A stretch of 64,000 bases of DNA from positions 223,984 to 287,983 of the forward strand of contig CAWFVG010000003.1 of NCBI GenBank assembly GCA_963819185.1, read 5' to 3'. The notes below the pieces were generated by a model. It had not been told where the DNA came from. It did no database searches and was given only the letters and a program-made list of their open reading frames with translations. This document shows positions 1 to 7,915 of this stretch, in pieces. The stretch's first letter is position 1, and each line of letters begins with the position of its first letter. This DNA comes from Bryobacterales bacterium (GTDB lineage Bacteria > Acidobacteriota > Terriglobia > Bryobacterales > Bryobacteraceae). Made by a program: the position numbers and the translations under genes.

Positions 1-166
1 GCGTCTGGCTGCCCAAACTCATCAGCAGCGCAAAGGGAATCAAAAACTTCACCGACGCGACGAACCACAGCCAATACCGCACCTGAGCGCGATTCTTGCG
101 AAACGCCAGCGTCAGCACGCCCGCCGCGAGCGCAAACACAGTCGATTGCCACAGGTGATTGGTCAT
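1..166 (-). CDS. BlaR1-like M56 family peptidase/signal transducer, N-terminal ~55 codons only (runs off window start)
   Basis: Hand translation from ATG at 166: MTNHLWQSTVFALAAGVLTLAFRKNRAQVRYWLWFVASVKFLIPFALLMSLGSQT, a typical M56 N-terminal TM region. ATGA start/stop overlap with the BlaI-family gene upstream. Confidence 0.8.
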   Translation of the reverse strand, partial: MTNHLWQSTVFALAAGVLTLAFRKNRAQVRYWLWFVASVKFLIPFALLMSLGSQT

Positions 167-543
167 TTTTTGCGCTCCTTGTCGAGCCTCTTAATCGTCT
201 TCTCCAACTCGCGCACGTCCTCCAGAGTCAACTTGCCCGCTTCGGCGAGCTGCGCCATCATCGGCTGGGCCTTGCCTCCAAAGAAGCCCAGAATCTCGTC
301 GAGCAGCCGGTGACGAGCCACCTCGCGGGCCACCGTCGGCTCAAAAATGTGCGCGTTGCCGATCTTGCGGACCCGGCGCACGGCTTGCTTCTCTTCCAGG
401 CGGTACACCGTGGTCTGAATCGTCGTGTACGCGGGGCGAGGCTCGGGAAAAGCCTCCTGGATCTCGCGAATCGAGGCCTTGCCCTGGGCCCACAGGATTT
501 CCAGGATTTGAAGTTCCAGCTTGGTTAGTTTGGGTCGCGCCAT
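163..543 (-). CDS. BlaI/MecI/CopY family winged-helix transcriptional repressor
   Basis: 126 aa. wHTH block LELQILEILW..ASIREIQEAF..YTTIQTTVYRLEEK plus a C-terminal helix. Translationally coupled to the M56 gene. Confidence 0.9.
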   Translation of the reverse strand: MARPKLTKLELQILEILWAQGKASIREIQEAFPEPRPAYTTIQTTVYRLEEKQAVRRVRKIGNAHIFEPTVAREVARHRLLDEILGFFGGKAQPMMAQLAEAGKLTLEDVRELEKTIKRLDKERKK

Positions 544-550
544 GACAGTT

Positions 551-587
551 CTACTATGCCGTACCCGATACTACTACGAGATAGTAG
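551..587. promoter_or_regulatory. Candidate operator for the BlaI-family repressor (CTACTA-type inverted 7-mers)
   Basis: CTACTAT (551-557), CTACTAC (571-577) and ATAGTAG (581-587) lie directly upstream of the repressor start codon at 543. Confidence 0.35.
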
Positions 588-604
588 GAGCCTCAAGAAG
601 AAAT

Positions 605-1168
605 TTACTGCCCGCGCGTAGCTTTCCAGATCAGGAAGGCCACGCCAGCCAAATACCCCGCCAGCGCCTCATACTCGCGATTGCGCCGGTACACCGCGTA
701 TTGAAACCGCTTGGCCGGCGCAGTCGTCTGCGCACCCGCCGCCGACACTCGCGGAACCAGCCGTGGCACACGCCTCGCGTACTCCTCGAACTCCGGAAAC
801 AGCCTTCGCAGATGCTGCTCCTCCAGTTCCACCGCCGGCAGATACACCAACCCGAACACCGCCGCGAACAGCACCGCGAGTTCCCATCGCCGCGCCGCGA
901 TCGCCAACCCCGCCGCCACCGTCAGCGTGCCCAAATACAGCGGATTCCGCACCCGCGCGTAAGGACCGCTCTGCGCCAGTTCGCGATTCTTCTCCAAATG
1001 TCCCGCTGCCCACGCCCGCAGCGCCAGCCCCGCTAGCGAAACCGGGATGCCCACAGCCAGCGACGCGCCGTCCGGCTCCGAGAACCACAGGAACGCCGCC
1101 GCCATGACGAAGCCGAATAGCACCCGCAGCCTGGCTACGGCGTCCGCGTAAGGTTTTGGAAAACTCAC
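605..1168 (-). CDS. Isoprenylcysteine carboxyl methyltransferase (ICMT)/phospholipid methyltransferase family membrane protein
   Basis: 187 aa, multi-TM. Contains GPYARVRNPLYLGTL, typical of the ICMT/PEMT family. GTGA overlap with the upstream GT9 gene. Confidence 0.75.
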   Translation of the reverse strand: MSFPKPYADAVARLRVLFGFVMAAAFLWFSEPDGASLAVGIPVSLAGLALRAWAAGHLEKNRELAQSGPYARVRNPLYLGTLTVAAGLAIAARRWELAVLFAAVFGLVYLPAVELEEQHLRRLFPEFEEYARRVPRLVPRVSAAGAQTTAPAKRFQYAVYRRNREYEALAGYLAGVAFLIWKATRGQ

Positions 1169-2127
1169 GCCGGAGCCTTCAGACTCGCCGCCGAATTCGC
1201 CAGCTCCTGCAGCTCCCGCAGAACCATCTCCGGCGTAATCGCCCGCATGCTTTCGTCGGACTCTTCGCGCCTCTTATACGACGTCACCGCGTGCGGCCAT
1301 CGCAGCACCCGCAGCGACCCTCCATACGGCCCGTGCGAAGCCGGATCCGTCGGCCCGAAGATCGCCACGCCCGGCTTGCCCAGCGCCGCCGCCAGATGCA
1401 TCGGCCCGCTGTCCACGCCGATCACCGCGTGCGCTCGCCGCGTCGCGTCAATCAAGCCCGCGATTCCCGATAAATGAATCTGCGCGCCCGGCACGCCGGC
1501 CAGCAAACCCGCCGAGCTGGGTGGACCATTCACCACCAATGGCATGTCCAGCTCCCGCGCCACGTCTTCGTAATATTCGAGCGGCCACTCTTTCGAACCC
1601 CATCCCGCCGCCGGCGACGCCAGCACGAATTTTCCCTCCGGCAGCGTTCCCTCCGGTTTCCCTTCCGGGAGCGAAAACACCCGCAGCACGCTGCTCGCGC
1701 CCGCCGCCGCAGCCAGTTCCAGGTTCATGTCCACGCGATGCGCAGACCGCGTCAGCACCGCGGTCGAATAGAACAGCGCCGCAAATCCCTCCCGCGCCTG
1801 GGAACGATGCAGTCCCACTTTCCGGTTGGCCTTGGCCCACGCCGCCACCACCGCCGATTGAATCAAGCCTTGGAAATCCACCGCAACGTCGAATCGTTCC
1901 CGCCGCAGGCGCCCCGCGACCCTCACCGCGCCCTCCGCCGAACGCTCCAGCTCCACCACTTCGTCGACGAACGGATTGCCTTCCAGCAAGGCCGCCCATT
2001 TCGGCCGGATCACCCACGTGATGGTGCTGTGCGGAAAACTGTGCTTGAGGCTGGCGACGGCCGGCAAAGCGTGAATCACGTCGCCCATCGCGCTCAGCCG
2101 GATGACCAGGATGCGCATCTTTTCCAC
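1165..2127 (-). CDS. Glycosyltransferase family 9 (LPS heptosyltransferase-like)
   Basis: 320 aa. N-terminal MRILVIRLSAMGDVIHALPA and C-terminal IGVDSGPMHLAAALGKP are GT9 hallmarks. Confidence 0.9.
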   Translation of the reverse strand: MEKMRILVIRLSAMGDVIHALPAVASLKHSFPHSTITWVIRPKWAALLEGNPFVDEVVELERSAEGAVRVAGRLRRERFDVAVDFQGLIQSAVVAAWAKANRKVGLHRSQAREGFAALFYSTAVLTRSAHRVDMNLELAAAAGASSVLRVFSLPEGKPEGTLPEGKFVLASPAAGWGSKEWPLEYYEDVARELDMPLVVNGPPSSAGLLAGVPGAQIHLSGIAGLIDATRRAHAVIGVDSGPMHLAAALGKPGVAIFGPTDPASHGPYGGSLRVLRWPHAVTSYKRREESDESMRAITPEMVLRELQELANSAASLKAPA

Positions 2128-2130
2128 TTG

Positions 2131-2475
2131 TTACCTGGCCAGTTGTCGCGCGTGAACGTGCTCGATCAATTCGTCGAGGCGCCGCGTGTCTTCCTCTTCC
2201 AAGCTCACGTTCGCCGTCAATCCCTCGCAGGACTCGACCACGTAGTCCACAACCGCCAGTCCCGCCACCAATTCCGCCCGAGCCCGCGCCGGCAGAATCG
2301 GATCTTGTGGATCGGCGATGGCCACCAGCAGCGGCGCGCCCGCGCGTTTCAATCCGCGCAATCGTTCGGCGTGCCAGGCCAGCAGTGGATCGAAGTAACC
2401 CGTCACCACCATCGCGCCTTCGGCCGCAAGCCGCACGGCTTCTTCCCGAGGGACGATCTTGGTCCTGGTGTCCAT
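2131..2475 (-). CDS. Small cytidylyltransferase-like protein (RfaE domain II-like) with degenerate HxGH motif
   Basis: 114 aa. VVTGYFDPLLAWHAERL aligns by eye to the GCFDxLHxGH nucleotidyltransferase motif, but the first His and the Gly are replaced. Sits between two GT9 genes. Confidence 0.5.
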   Translation of the reverse strand: MDTRTKIVPREEAVRLAAEGAMVVTGYFDPLLAWHAERLRGLKRAGAPLLVAIADPQDPILPARARAELVAGLAVVDYVVESCEGLTANVSLEEEDTRRLDELIEHVHARQLAR

Positions 2476-2487
2476 CCGCAGATCTTC

Positions 2488-2514
2488 CTATTTCAACAGA
2501 CTTTCTATTTCAAC
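2488..2514. repeat. Direct repeat CTATTTCAAC x2 (period 17) in an AT-rich 46-bp intra-operon spacer
   Basis: Copies at 2488-2497 and 2505-2514 are identical. On the coding (minus) strand they read TTGAAATAG twice. Possible internal promoter or RBS context. Confidence 0.6.
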
Positions 2515-2521
2515 GGGTTCT

Positions 2522-3541
2522 CTACTTGAGCAGTTGCAGCGCCGCTTCCGCCACTTGAGCCGTTTCCACGCGAGTCATGCAGCGATGGTCAATCGGGCAT
2601 TCGCGCTTCAAACACGGGCTGCACTCCACCGCCTGCCGCACCACCCGAGCCAAAGGACCGGTTGGGCCCGTGGTTAAATGGTTGGTCGATCCGAACACCG
2701 CCACCGTCGGCACGCCCAGCGCGGAGGCGATGTGCATCGGCCCCGAGTCGTTGGTTAAATACACCCGGCACGCCGCGGCCAGCTCGATGAACTCGGCAAG
2801 ACTCGTCTGGCCCGCAAAATTGCGCACTGGCGCTTCTATGCCCGCCGCGACCTCCTTGCACACCTCGCTCTCAGCTTGCGCTCCGAAGATCGCCACGCTC
2901 GCGTCCAATTCGTGTGCCAGCCGGTTCGCCGTCTCCGCAAAACGCTCCGGCAGCCATCTCTTTGCCGAGCCATACGCAGCTCCGGGGCTCACTCCGATCA
3001 CCGGCCCCTCCATCCCGAGCCTCGCGAATCGCGCCACCCCCTCCTCGCGGGCCTTCCCCGCCCCCTCCAAGCGGATCGCCTCGCACTCCGGAAGCGTCTC
3101 CAGAATGCCCGCCCGCCGCAGCAACTCCAGATAGTAGAACCGCTCATGCTCCGGAATCTCGTGCGGCTTCGGCGTAGGAATCGCGCGCGTCAGCAGCCAA
3201 CTCCGCCCGTCTCTGGCGTACCCGATCCGTTCCGGTATCCGCGCCATCCAGGCGACGGCCGCCGCATCGAACGCGTTCTGCAACAAAATCGCACAATCGA
3301 AATTTCGCGACGCCAGCTCCCGAGCCGCGCGAATCTTCGCACCGGCTCCCTGCGCCGTGTAAGGGATCATCTCATCGCAGAAAGATTCGCGAGCATACAG
3401 ATCCCCCACCCACGGCTTGGCCAGAATCGAAATCTTCGCTTTCGGGAATCTCTCCCGCACCGCCCGCAGCGCGGGCAACGACATCACCGCGTCCCCTACC
3501 CAATTGGTCGCGCGGACTAGAATCGAGCTGTACTCCACCAA
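2522..3541 (-). CDS. Glycosyltransferase family 9, heptosyltransferase II (WaaF)-like
   Basis: 339 aa. ILVRATNWVGDAVMSLPALRAV and YLTNDSGPMHIASALGVPTVAVFG are GT9 signatures. Start is TTG 3541 or GTG 3538. Confidence 0.9.
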   Translation of the reverse strand: MVEYSSILVRATNWVGDAVMSLPALRAVRERFPKAKISILAKPWVGDLYARESFCDEMIPYTAQGAGAKIRAARELASRNFDCAILLQNAFDAAAVAWMARIPERIGYARDGRSWLLTRAIPTPKPHEIPEHERFYYLELLRRAGILETLPECEAIRLEGAGKAREEGVARFARLGMEGPVIGVSPGAAYGSAKRWLPERFAETANRLAHELDASVAIFGAQAESEVCKEVAAGIEAPVRNFAGQTSLAEFIELAAACRVYLTNDSGPMHIASALGVPTVAVFGSTNHLTTGPTGPLARVVRQAVECSPCLKRECPIDHRCMTRVETAQVAEAALQLLK

Positions 3542-3681
3542 TCTTTAGAGTAACGGCCCGCAGTCGCTCGTGGAGTTCGGGGTGATGAAATAGATTTGGT
3601 CGATCCTCTAACGGCCCCTAGGGGCTGGCGGATTCAGAGCATTGATGGCTGATCGGCCACACCTGGACGTTCGCCGCGTGG

Positions 3682-5301
3682 CTATGCGGGGTCGACCTCC
3701 GGAAACTCAGCCAGGAGATCACCAAAATCCGAACCCGCAGTTCCGTCCCCATCCTCCAGGTCTTCGTCGTCCCCGTATTCGAAGGTCGGTCGTTGAGAGG
3801 TTGCTTCCAGTTCATAGAAACTCACGTCGTGTGAGCGGAGAATCCGAAAAAATCGATCAACCTGAACGTAGTCCCCACCCCCGGCGGCTTGGAGCCAGCC
3901 TTTATGAATCGCTTCGTAAGCCAAGAGCCAATGTTCCGAATAGAGATGCTCAGCGCTCATGTACGAACTCCAAAGATCGGTGTCCAGAGTCGGCAACAAT
4001 CCCTCAGACTCTAGGTGCAAGGCCGTCAGCGCTACAAGATCGTCGTCCATTAACGCGATGGCCTCGACCGCTGCTTCCCCGAGGAGGACGTTCTGGCTCT
4101 TCGCGACCCATAAAGCCCAGAGCACCTCATTGCCTTGCTGAAGTTGAGCATGATGAACGCAGACTGCATCCAACGTGGCCTTTAATGCGGAAGCGTTGAT
4201 CGGGCTCGATGAATTGAGCTCTAGAATGTCGAACAGAACCTTGAGCGTTGCCGGCTCTGCAATGACGGATCTAAGCAAAAGAGCTTCACATAAAGGCCAG
4301 TTATCGCCGTCGATAGCAGCGGTGCCGACCATTCGGGCGGCGTATGTTAGAACATTGTCATGCGGAAACTGTCTGGCCAAATCCGAGGCGGCTCCGAACA
4401 ACTCAAGGAGTTGCGTCTCTTGCCTTGTCCCAGCAGCGTTAAGGCCGCGCGACCGAAGTTCAGGTTTCCACTGGGGCTCTAGAGCCTCTGGTAATTGGCT
4501 GATCTCGGTCTTAAAATCGTTAACTTCCAACTCGAGGGAAACGCCGACCTCATGGAGCGCGGCCAGTGCTTTCTCTGCCTCCTGATAGGAGTCAAAGTAC
4601 AGGTGAAAATCATCGATATATCTTGTACCAGAAAGAGGTCCGAGCCGTGATTCGAGTGCGCAATCAACGGCGGTGCCGACGATTTCGCCCACAAGGAAGG
4701 AGGTATCTGGACCGATTGGAATTCCTCCAGTTTGCTTGTCCTGACTTTCCCTTATACGCTCATCGATTCGATTGCCAAAAAGCGTCGCATCTTTCCTGGC
4801 TTGCGCCTTCCCGTGGATCGCCCACGGTATCGCATGAGTGTAGATCGAGGGGTAAAATCGGCTGAAATCAGCCTGTAGAACATAGCGCTTTCCGACAGAT
4901 CGAAGCGCTCGCGCGCGGGGCAGCTCGGATTTTGGGCGCTGGCTCTCAAGCGCGCGGACCGTTCCAATCACGGGGCGGCTAAGGGATATGGTGGAACGAG
5001 CGCAAAACTGGTCTAGACTCTTCCAGTGCTTCGCCAACTCACGGGAAACAAGTACGTGATGAAGCGGATTCGGAAGGGAAAGCAGCCTTCGCGAGAGCTT
5101 CCGCTTGGGCACCGAATGCCGCGCGGTGCGCGCACGCGGAAAATTTGCGCGCTTGCCTTTCTTTACCGGATACTGGCTGCGTATATGAGTGAGAATTTCC
5201 GGATACGCGGCTCGAAGGTTGCTTACGATGAAGGGCGGGGTTAGGTGGTCGGGCAAGTAGCCGAGCTCCAGGAAGTTGAGGGTCAACTCCACGCATTTCA
5301 T
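3682..5301 (-). CDS. Stand-alone reverse transcriptase, UG/Abi (defence-associated) type with C-terminal helical domain and acidic tail
   Basis: 539 aa. Ordered RT motifs are SLPNPLHHV, LQADFSRFYPSIYTHAIPW, GIPIGPDTSFLVGEIV, RYIDDFHLYF and LEVNDFKTEI. About 250 aa of Leu/Ala-rich region follows, then the tail EYGDDEDLEDGDG. AT-richer than its neighbours. Confidence 0.85.
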   Translation of the reverse strand: MKCVELTLNFLELGYLPDHLTPPFIVSNLRAAYPEILTHIRSQYPVKKGKRANFPRARTARHSVPKRKLSRRLLSLPNPLHHVLVSRELAKHWKSLDQFCARSTISLSRPVIGTVRALESQRPKSELPRARALRSVGKRYVLQADFSRFYPSIYTHAIPWAIHGKAQARKDATLFGNRIDERIRESQDKQTGGIPIGPDTSFLVGEIVGTAVDCALESRLGPLSGTRYIDDFHLYFDSYQEAEKALAALHEVGVSLELEVNDFKTEISQLPEALEPQWKPELRSRGLNAAGTRQETQLLELFGAASDLARQFPHDNVLTYAARMVGTAAIDGDNWPLCEALLLRSVIAEPATLKVLFDILELNSSSPINASALKATLDAVCVHHAQLQQGNEVLWALWVAKSQNVLLGEAAVEAIALMDDDLVALTALHLESEGLLPTLDTDLWSSYMSAEHLYSEHWLLAYEAIHKGWLQAAGGGDYVQVDRFFRILRSHDVSFYELEATSQRPTFEYGDDEDLEDGDGTAGSDFGDLLAEFPEVDPA

Positions 5302-5405
5302 CGCATTCTCTCCAAGTTCTGATCCGTCCCACTGTGACTAAGGTATCAATGTAGCACCACAGGGGTAACCCGACCGATGCATTTCTCTGGCTTGATTTGG
5401 CTACC

Positions 5406-5425
5406 GAGCTCGGACAACCGAGCTC
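5406..5425. other. Perfect 8-bp stem/4-nt loop hairpin in the RT-nfeD divergent intergenic region
   Basis: GAGCTCGG-ACAA-CCGAGCTC read directly from the sequence. Lies about 105-125 nt upstream of the RT start codon. Confidence 0.6.
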
Positions 5426-5470
5426 CCACCCCTCGCCAACCCCTCTCCGGCGCGCTACCCTAAAGTCGGA

Positions 5471-6742
5471 ATGCGGTTTTTCTCGATCGCGCTTCTTATC
5501 TGCTCGACGGCGCTCGCCGCCGCGCCCCCTCGCGTCATCGCCGTCGACGTCGACGGCATCATCGCGCCCGTGACGGTCGAGATGATCGGCCACGCGCTGG
5601 AGCAAGCCTCCAATGAGAACGCAGCCGCAGTTCTCATGCGGCTCAACACACCCGGCGGCCTCATGGATTCGAGCCGCGAGATCACGCAGAAAATCGTCGC
5701 CTCCCGCATCCCCGTCATCGCCTACGTCACGCCCAGCGGAGGCCGGGCCGCCAGCGCCGGCTTCTTCCTGCTCGAATCCGCCGACGTCGCCGCCATGGCT
5801 CCCGGCACCAACACCGGAGCCTCTTCGCCGGTCCTGCTCACCGGCGACCTAACCGAAACCGAACGCAAAAAGGTCGAAAACGACGCTTCCGCCTGGCTCC
5901 GCAGCATGGTTTCCAAGCGCGGCCACAACGCCGACCTCGCCGAAACTACCATCCGTGAAGCCAAGGCCTTCACCGAAAAAGAATCGCTGGACGACCATTT
6001 TATTGACGACATCTCCCCCAGCGATCGCCAGTTAATGACCGATCTCGACGGCCGCACCATCAAACGTTTTGATGGACGCTCCGAAGTCCTCCATACCGCC
6101 GGCGCCGACATCGTCGAATATCAGCCCTCCACGCGGGAGCGCATCGTCTCCGCCGTCTCCGATCCCAATACCGGCTTCATTCTTCTCGCGCTCGGCGCGC
6201 TCGGCGTCTATGTCGAATTCTCTTCGCCCGGCCTGATTCTGCCTGGCGTTGCCGGAGGCATCATGTTCCTCCTGGGCCTCTCCTCGCTCTCCGTGCTGCC
6301 CATCAACTGGATCGGAGCCGCGCTGCTGCTGCTCGGCGCGGTGCTGCTGATTCTGGAAGTCAAGTTCACCTCGCACGGAGTGCTCGGCATCGGCGGCACG
6401 GTTTCCATGGTCCTGGGAGCCCTGCTGTTGATCAACGGTCCCCCCGAAGTGCGTATTCACCTCTCCACCGCCGTGGCCGTAACCATCCCCTTCGCGCTCA
6501 TCACCATCTTCCTGGTCACTCTGGTCGTGCGAGCCCGCCGCAACAAAGCCATGATGAGCAACGGCGGCCTGCTCAATCAGCTCGGCCAGGCCCGCACCGC
6601 GCTCGCGCCGGCCGGCACCATCTTCATCCACGGCGAATATTGGGACGCGGTCTCCTCCGCCCCGGTCGAGCCCGGCGGCAACGTTCGCGTAATCTCGGTT
6701 GACGGCTTGAAACTCCGCGTCGAACCGGTCGCCAAGAGCTGA
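5471..6742 (+). CDS. nfeD: NfeD family membrane-bound ClpP-class serine protease
   Basis: 423 aa. Signal peptide, LNTPGGLMDSSREI and GGRAASAGFFL (ClpP-like), a central multi-TM block and a C-terminal OB-like domain. Confidence 0.9.
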   Translation: MRFFSIALLICSTALAAAPPRVIAVDVDGIIAPVTVEMIGHALEQASNENAAAVLMRLNTPGGLMDSSREITQKIVASRIPVIAYVTPSGGRAASAGFFLLESADVAAMAPGTNTGASSPVLLTGDLTETERKKVENDASAWLRSMVSKRGHNADLAETTIREAKAFTEKESLDDHFIDDISPSDRQLMTDLDGRTIKRFDGRSEVLHTAGADIVEYQPSTRERIVSAVSDPNTGFILLALGALGVYVEFSSPGLILPGVAGGIMFLLGLSSLSVLPINWIGAALLLLGAVLLILEVKFTSHGVLGIGGTVSMVLGALLLINGPPEVRIHLSTAVAVTIPFALITIFLVTLVVRARRNKAMMSNGGLLNQLGQARTALAPAGTIFIHGEYWDAVSSAPVEPGGNVRVISVDGLKLRVEPVAKS

Positions 6743-7048
6743 CTCCGCGCGATTTATTTCTCGCCTCCGATCACGCGGTTAGCGGTTCAACTCATCCCCG
6801 CCGAGGCACTTCCCGGATATTTTGTAGCCAAGAGTCCGGTCCCCTCATCGGTTCCGGATCACGCTAGCGCAGGAGAGCAACCGCGGCAACCCTGTGCGAC
6901 CGTCACACGATGAGCCGAGCCGTTGCGGTGCAGCGGCCCCGTTTCCGGTTGGGCGTTACAAACCGGACAAGAGGCCTCTTCGAAATACAAAGGAGTCTGA
7001 GGGAAGCGGAAAAAACTCCCGCCTGAAGCGGATATCATTCTTTATGGG

Positions 7049-7915
7049 ATGAAACCCGCCCAATCCACCTCCGTGGCAGCGCTGAACCGCGATGAGTTCG
7101 CGCGCCTGCGCCAGCTCTCCGTCCAAATCCGCCTGAACGCTCTGCGCATGGTCTCCATCCAGGGCTTCGGCTATCTCGGGCAGGCGTTCTCTTCAGCGGA
7201 AATCTTCGCCGTATTGTTCGGCGGCGATTTCCTTCAATTCGGCGAGGACCGGTTCGTGCTCTCGCCCGGCCACTACGTCGTCTCACTTTACGCCGTGGCC
7301 GCCGAAGTGGGCCTCCTCGATAAGCACGCGCTTTCAACTTACGGCGCCGACGGATCGAAGCTCGAAGCCATCGGCACGGAGCGCACGCCTCTGGTCGACC
7401 TGGTCTGCGGATCGCTGAGCCAGGGCTTATCCGCGGCCATCGGTTTCTCCATCGCATCTAATCTCGCCGGCCAGCATCGAACCACTTGGGCGTTCCTGAG
7501 TGACGGCGAAATGGAAGAAGGGCAAGTTTGGGAGGCAGCCATGTTCGCCTTCCACAATCGCGCCCGCATGGACCCCCTCGTCGTAGTCATCGACGCGAAT
7601 AATTCGCAGGTGGACGGCCCGGTGGCCTCCGTCACCACTCTGGAACCTCTTGCGGAGAAATGGCGAGCCTTCGGCTGGCAAGTCGCCGACGTCGACGGTC
7701 ACGATGTGGAAGCCCTATGCCGCGCGCTAAACGATGCGCTGAACGGCCGCCAGCACAATGCTCCTTTCGTCCTGATCGCCCGAACCGAAACCTCGGGCCG
7801 TCTTCGCTCCATCCCCCAGGATGCCGACGGGCACTTCATCAAACTCGACCCGGCGCTGGTGCGCGCCCTGACCGAGGAATTGCAGGCTCAGCTTGGCACG
7901 CGACGAAATGTTTGA
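7049..7915 (+). CDS. Transketolase, N-terminal (TPP-binding) subunit
   Basis: 288 aa. SPGHYVVSLYA, GSLSQGLSAAIG and LSDGEMEEGQVWEA are typical of split transketolase subunit A. Confidence 0.9.
   Translation: MKPAQSTSVAALNRDEFARLRQLSVQIRLNALRMVSIQGFGYLGQAFSSAEIFAVLFGGDFLQFGEDRFVLSPGHYVVSLYAVAAEVGLLDKHALSTYGADGSKLEAIGTERTPLVDLVCGSLSQGLSAAIGFSIASNLAGQHRTTWAFLSDGEMEEGQVWEAAMFAFHNRARMDPLVVVIDANNSQVDGPVASVTTLEPLAEKWRAFGWQVADVDGHDVEALCRALNDALNGRQHNAPFVLIARTETSGRLRSIPQDADGHFIKLDPALVRALTEELQAQLGTRRNV

Noticed and set aside
3760-3800. Possible HEPN Rx4H motif (RILRSH) near the RT C-terminus, as in AbiA
   Set aside because: It is a single short match with a hydrophobic residue after the Arg, and no surrounding HEPN-like helices are recognisable by eye. 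It is too weak to call.
3682-5301. RT as a group II intron, retron or DGR component
   Set aside because: There is no maturase X or endonuclease domain, and no flanking intron RNA domains. I saw no long inverted repeats or msr/msd-like structure in the flanks. There is no TR/VR repeat pair or Avd gene in the window. The motif A block (FYPSIYTH) and the helical C-terminal domain fit Abi/UG-type RTs better.
6743-7048. SRP RNA, RNase P RNA, tmRNA or TPP riboswitch in the nfeD-transketolase gap
   Set aside because: Partial resemblances (GAGTCCGG, CTGAGGGAAGC) do not extend to the conserved cores of any of these RNAs on either strand.
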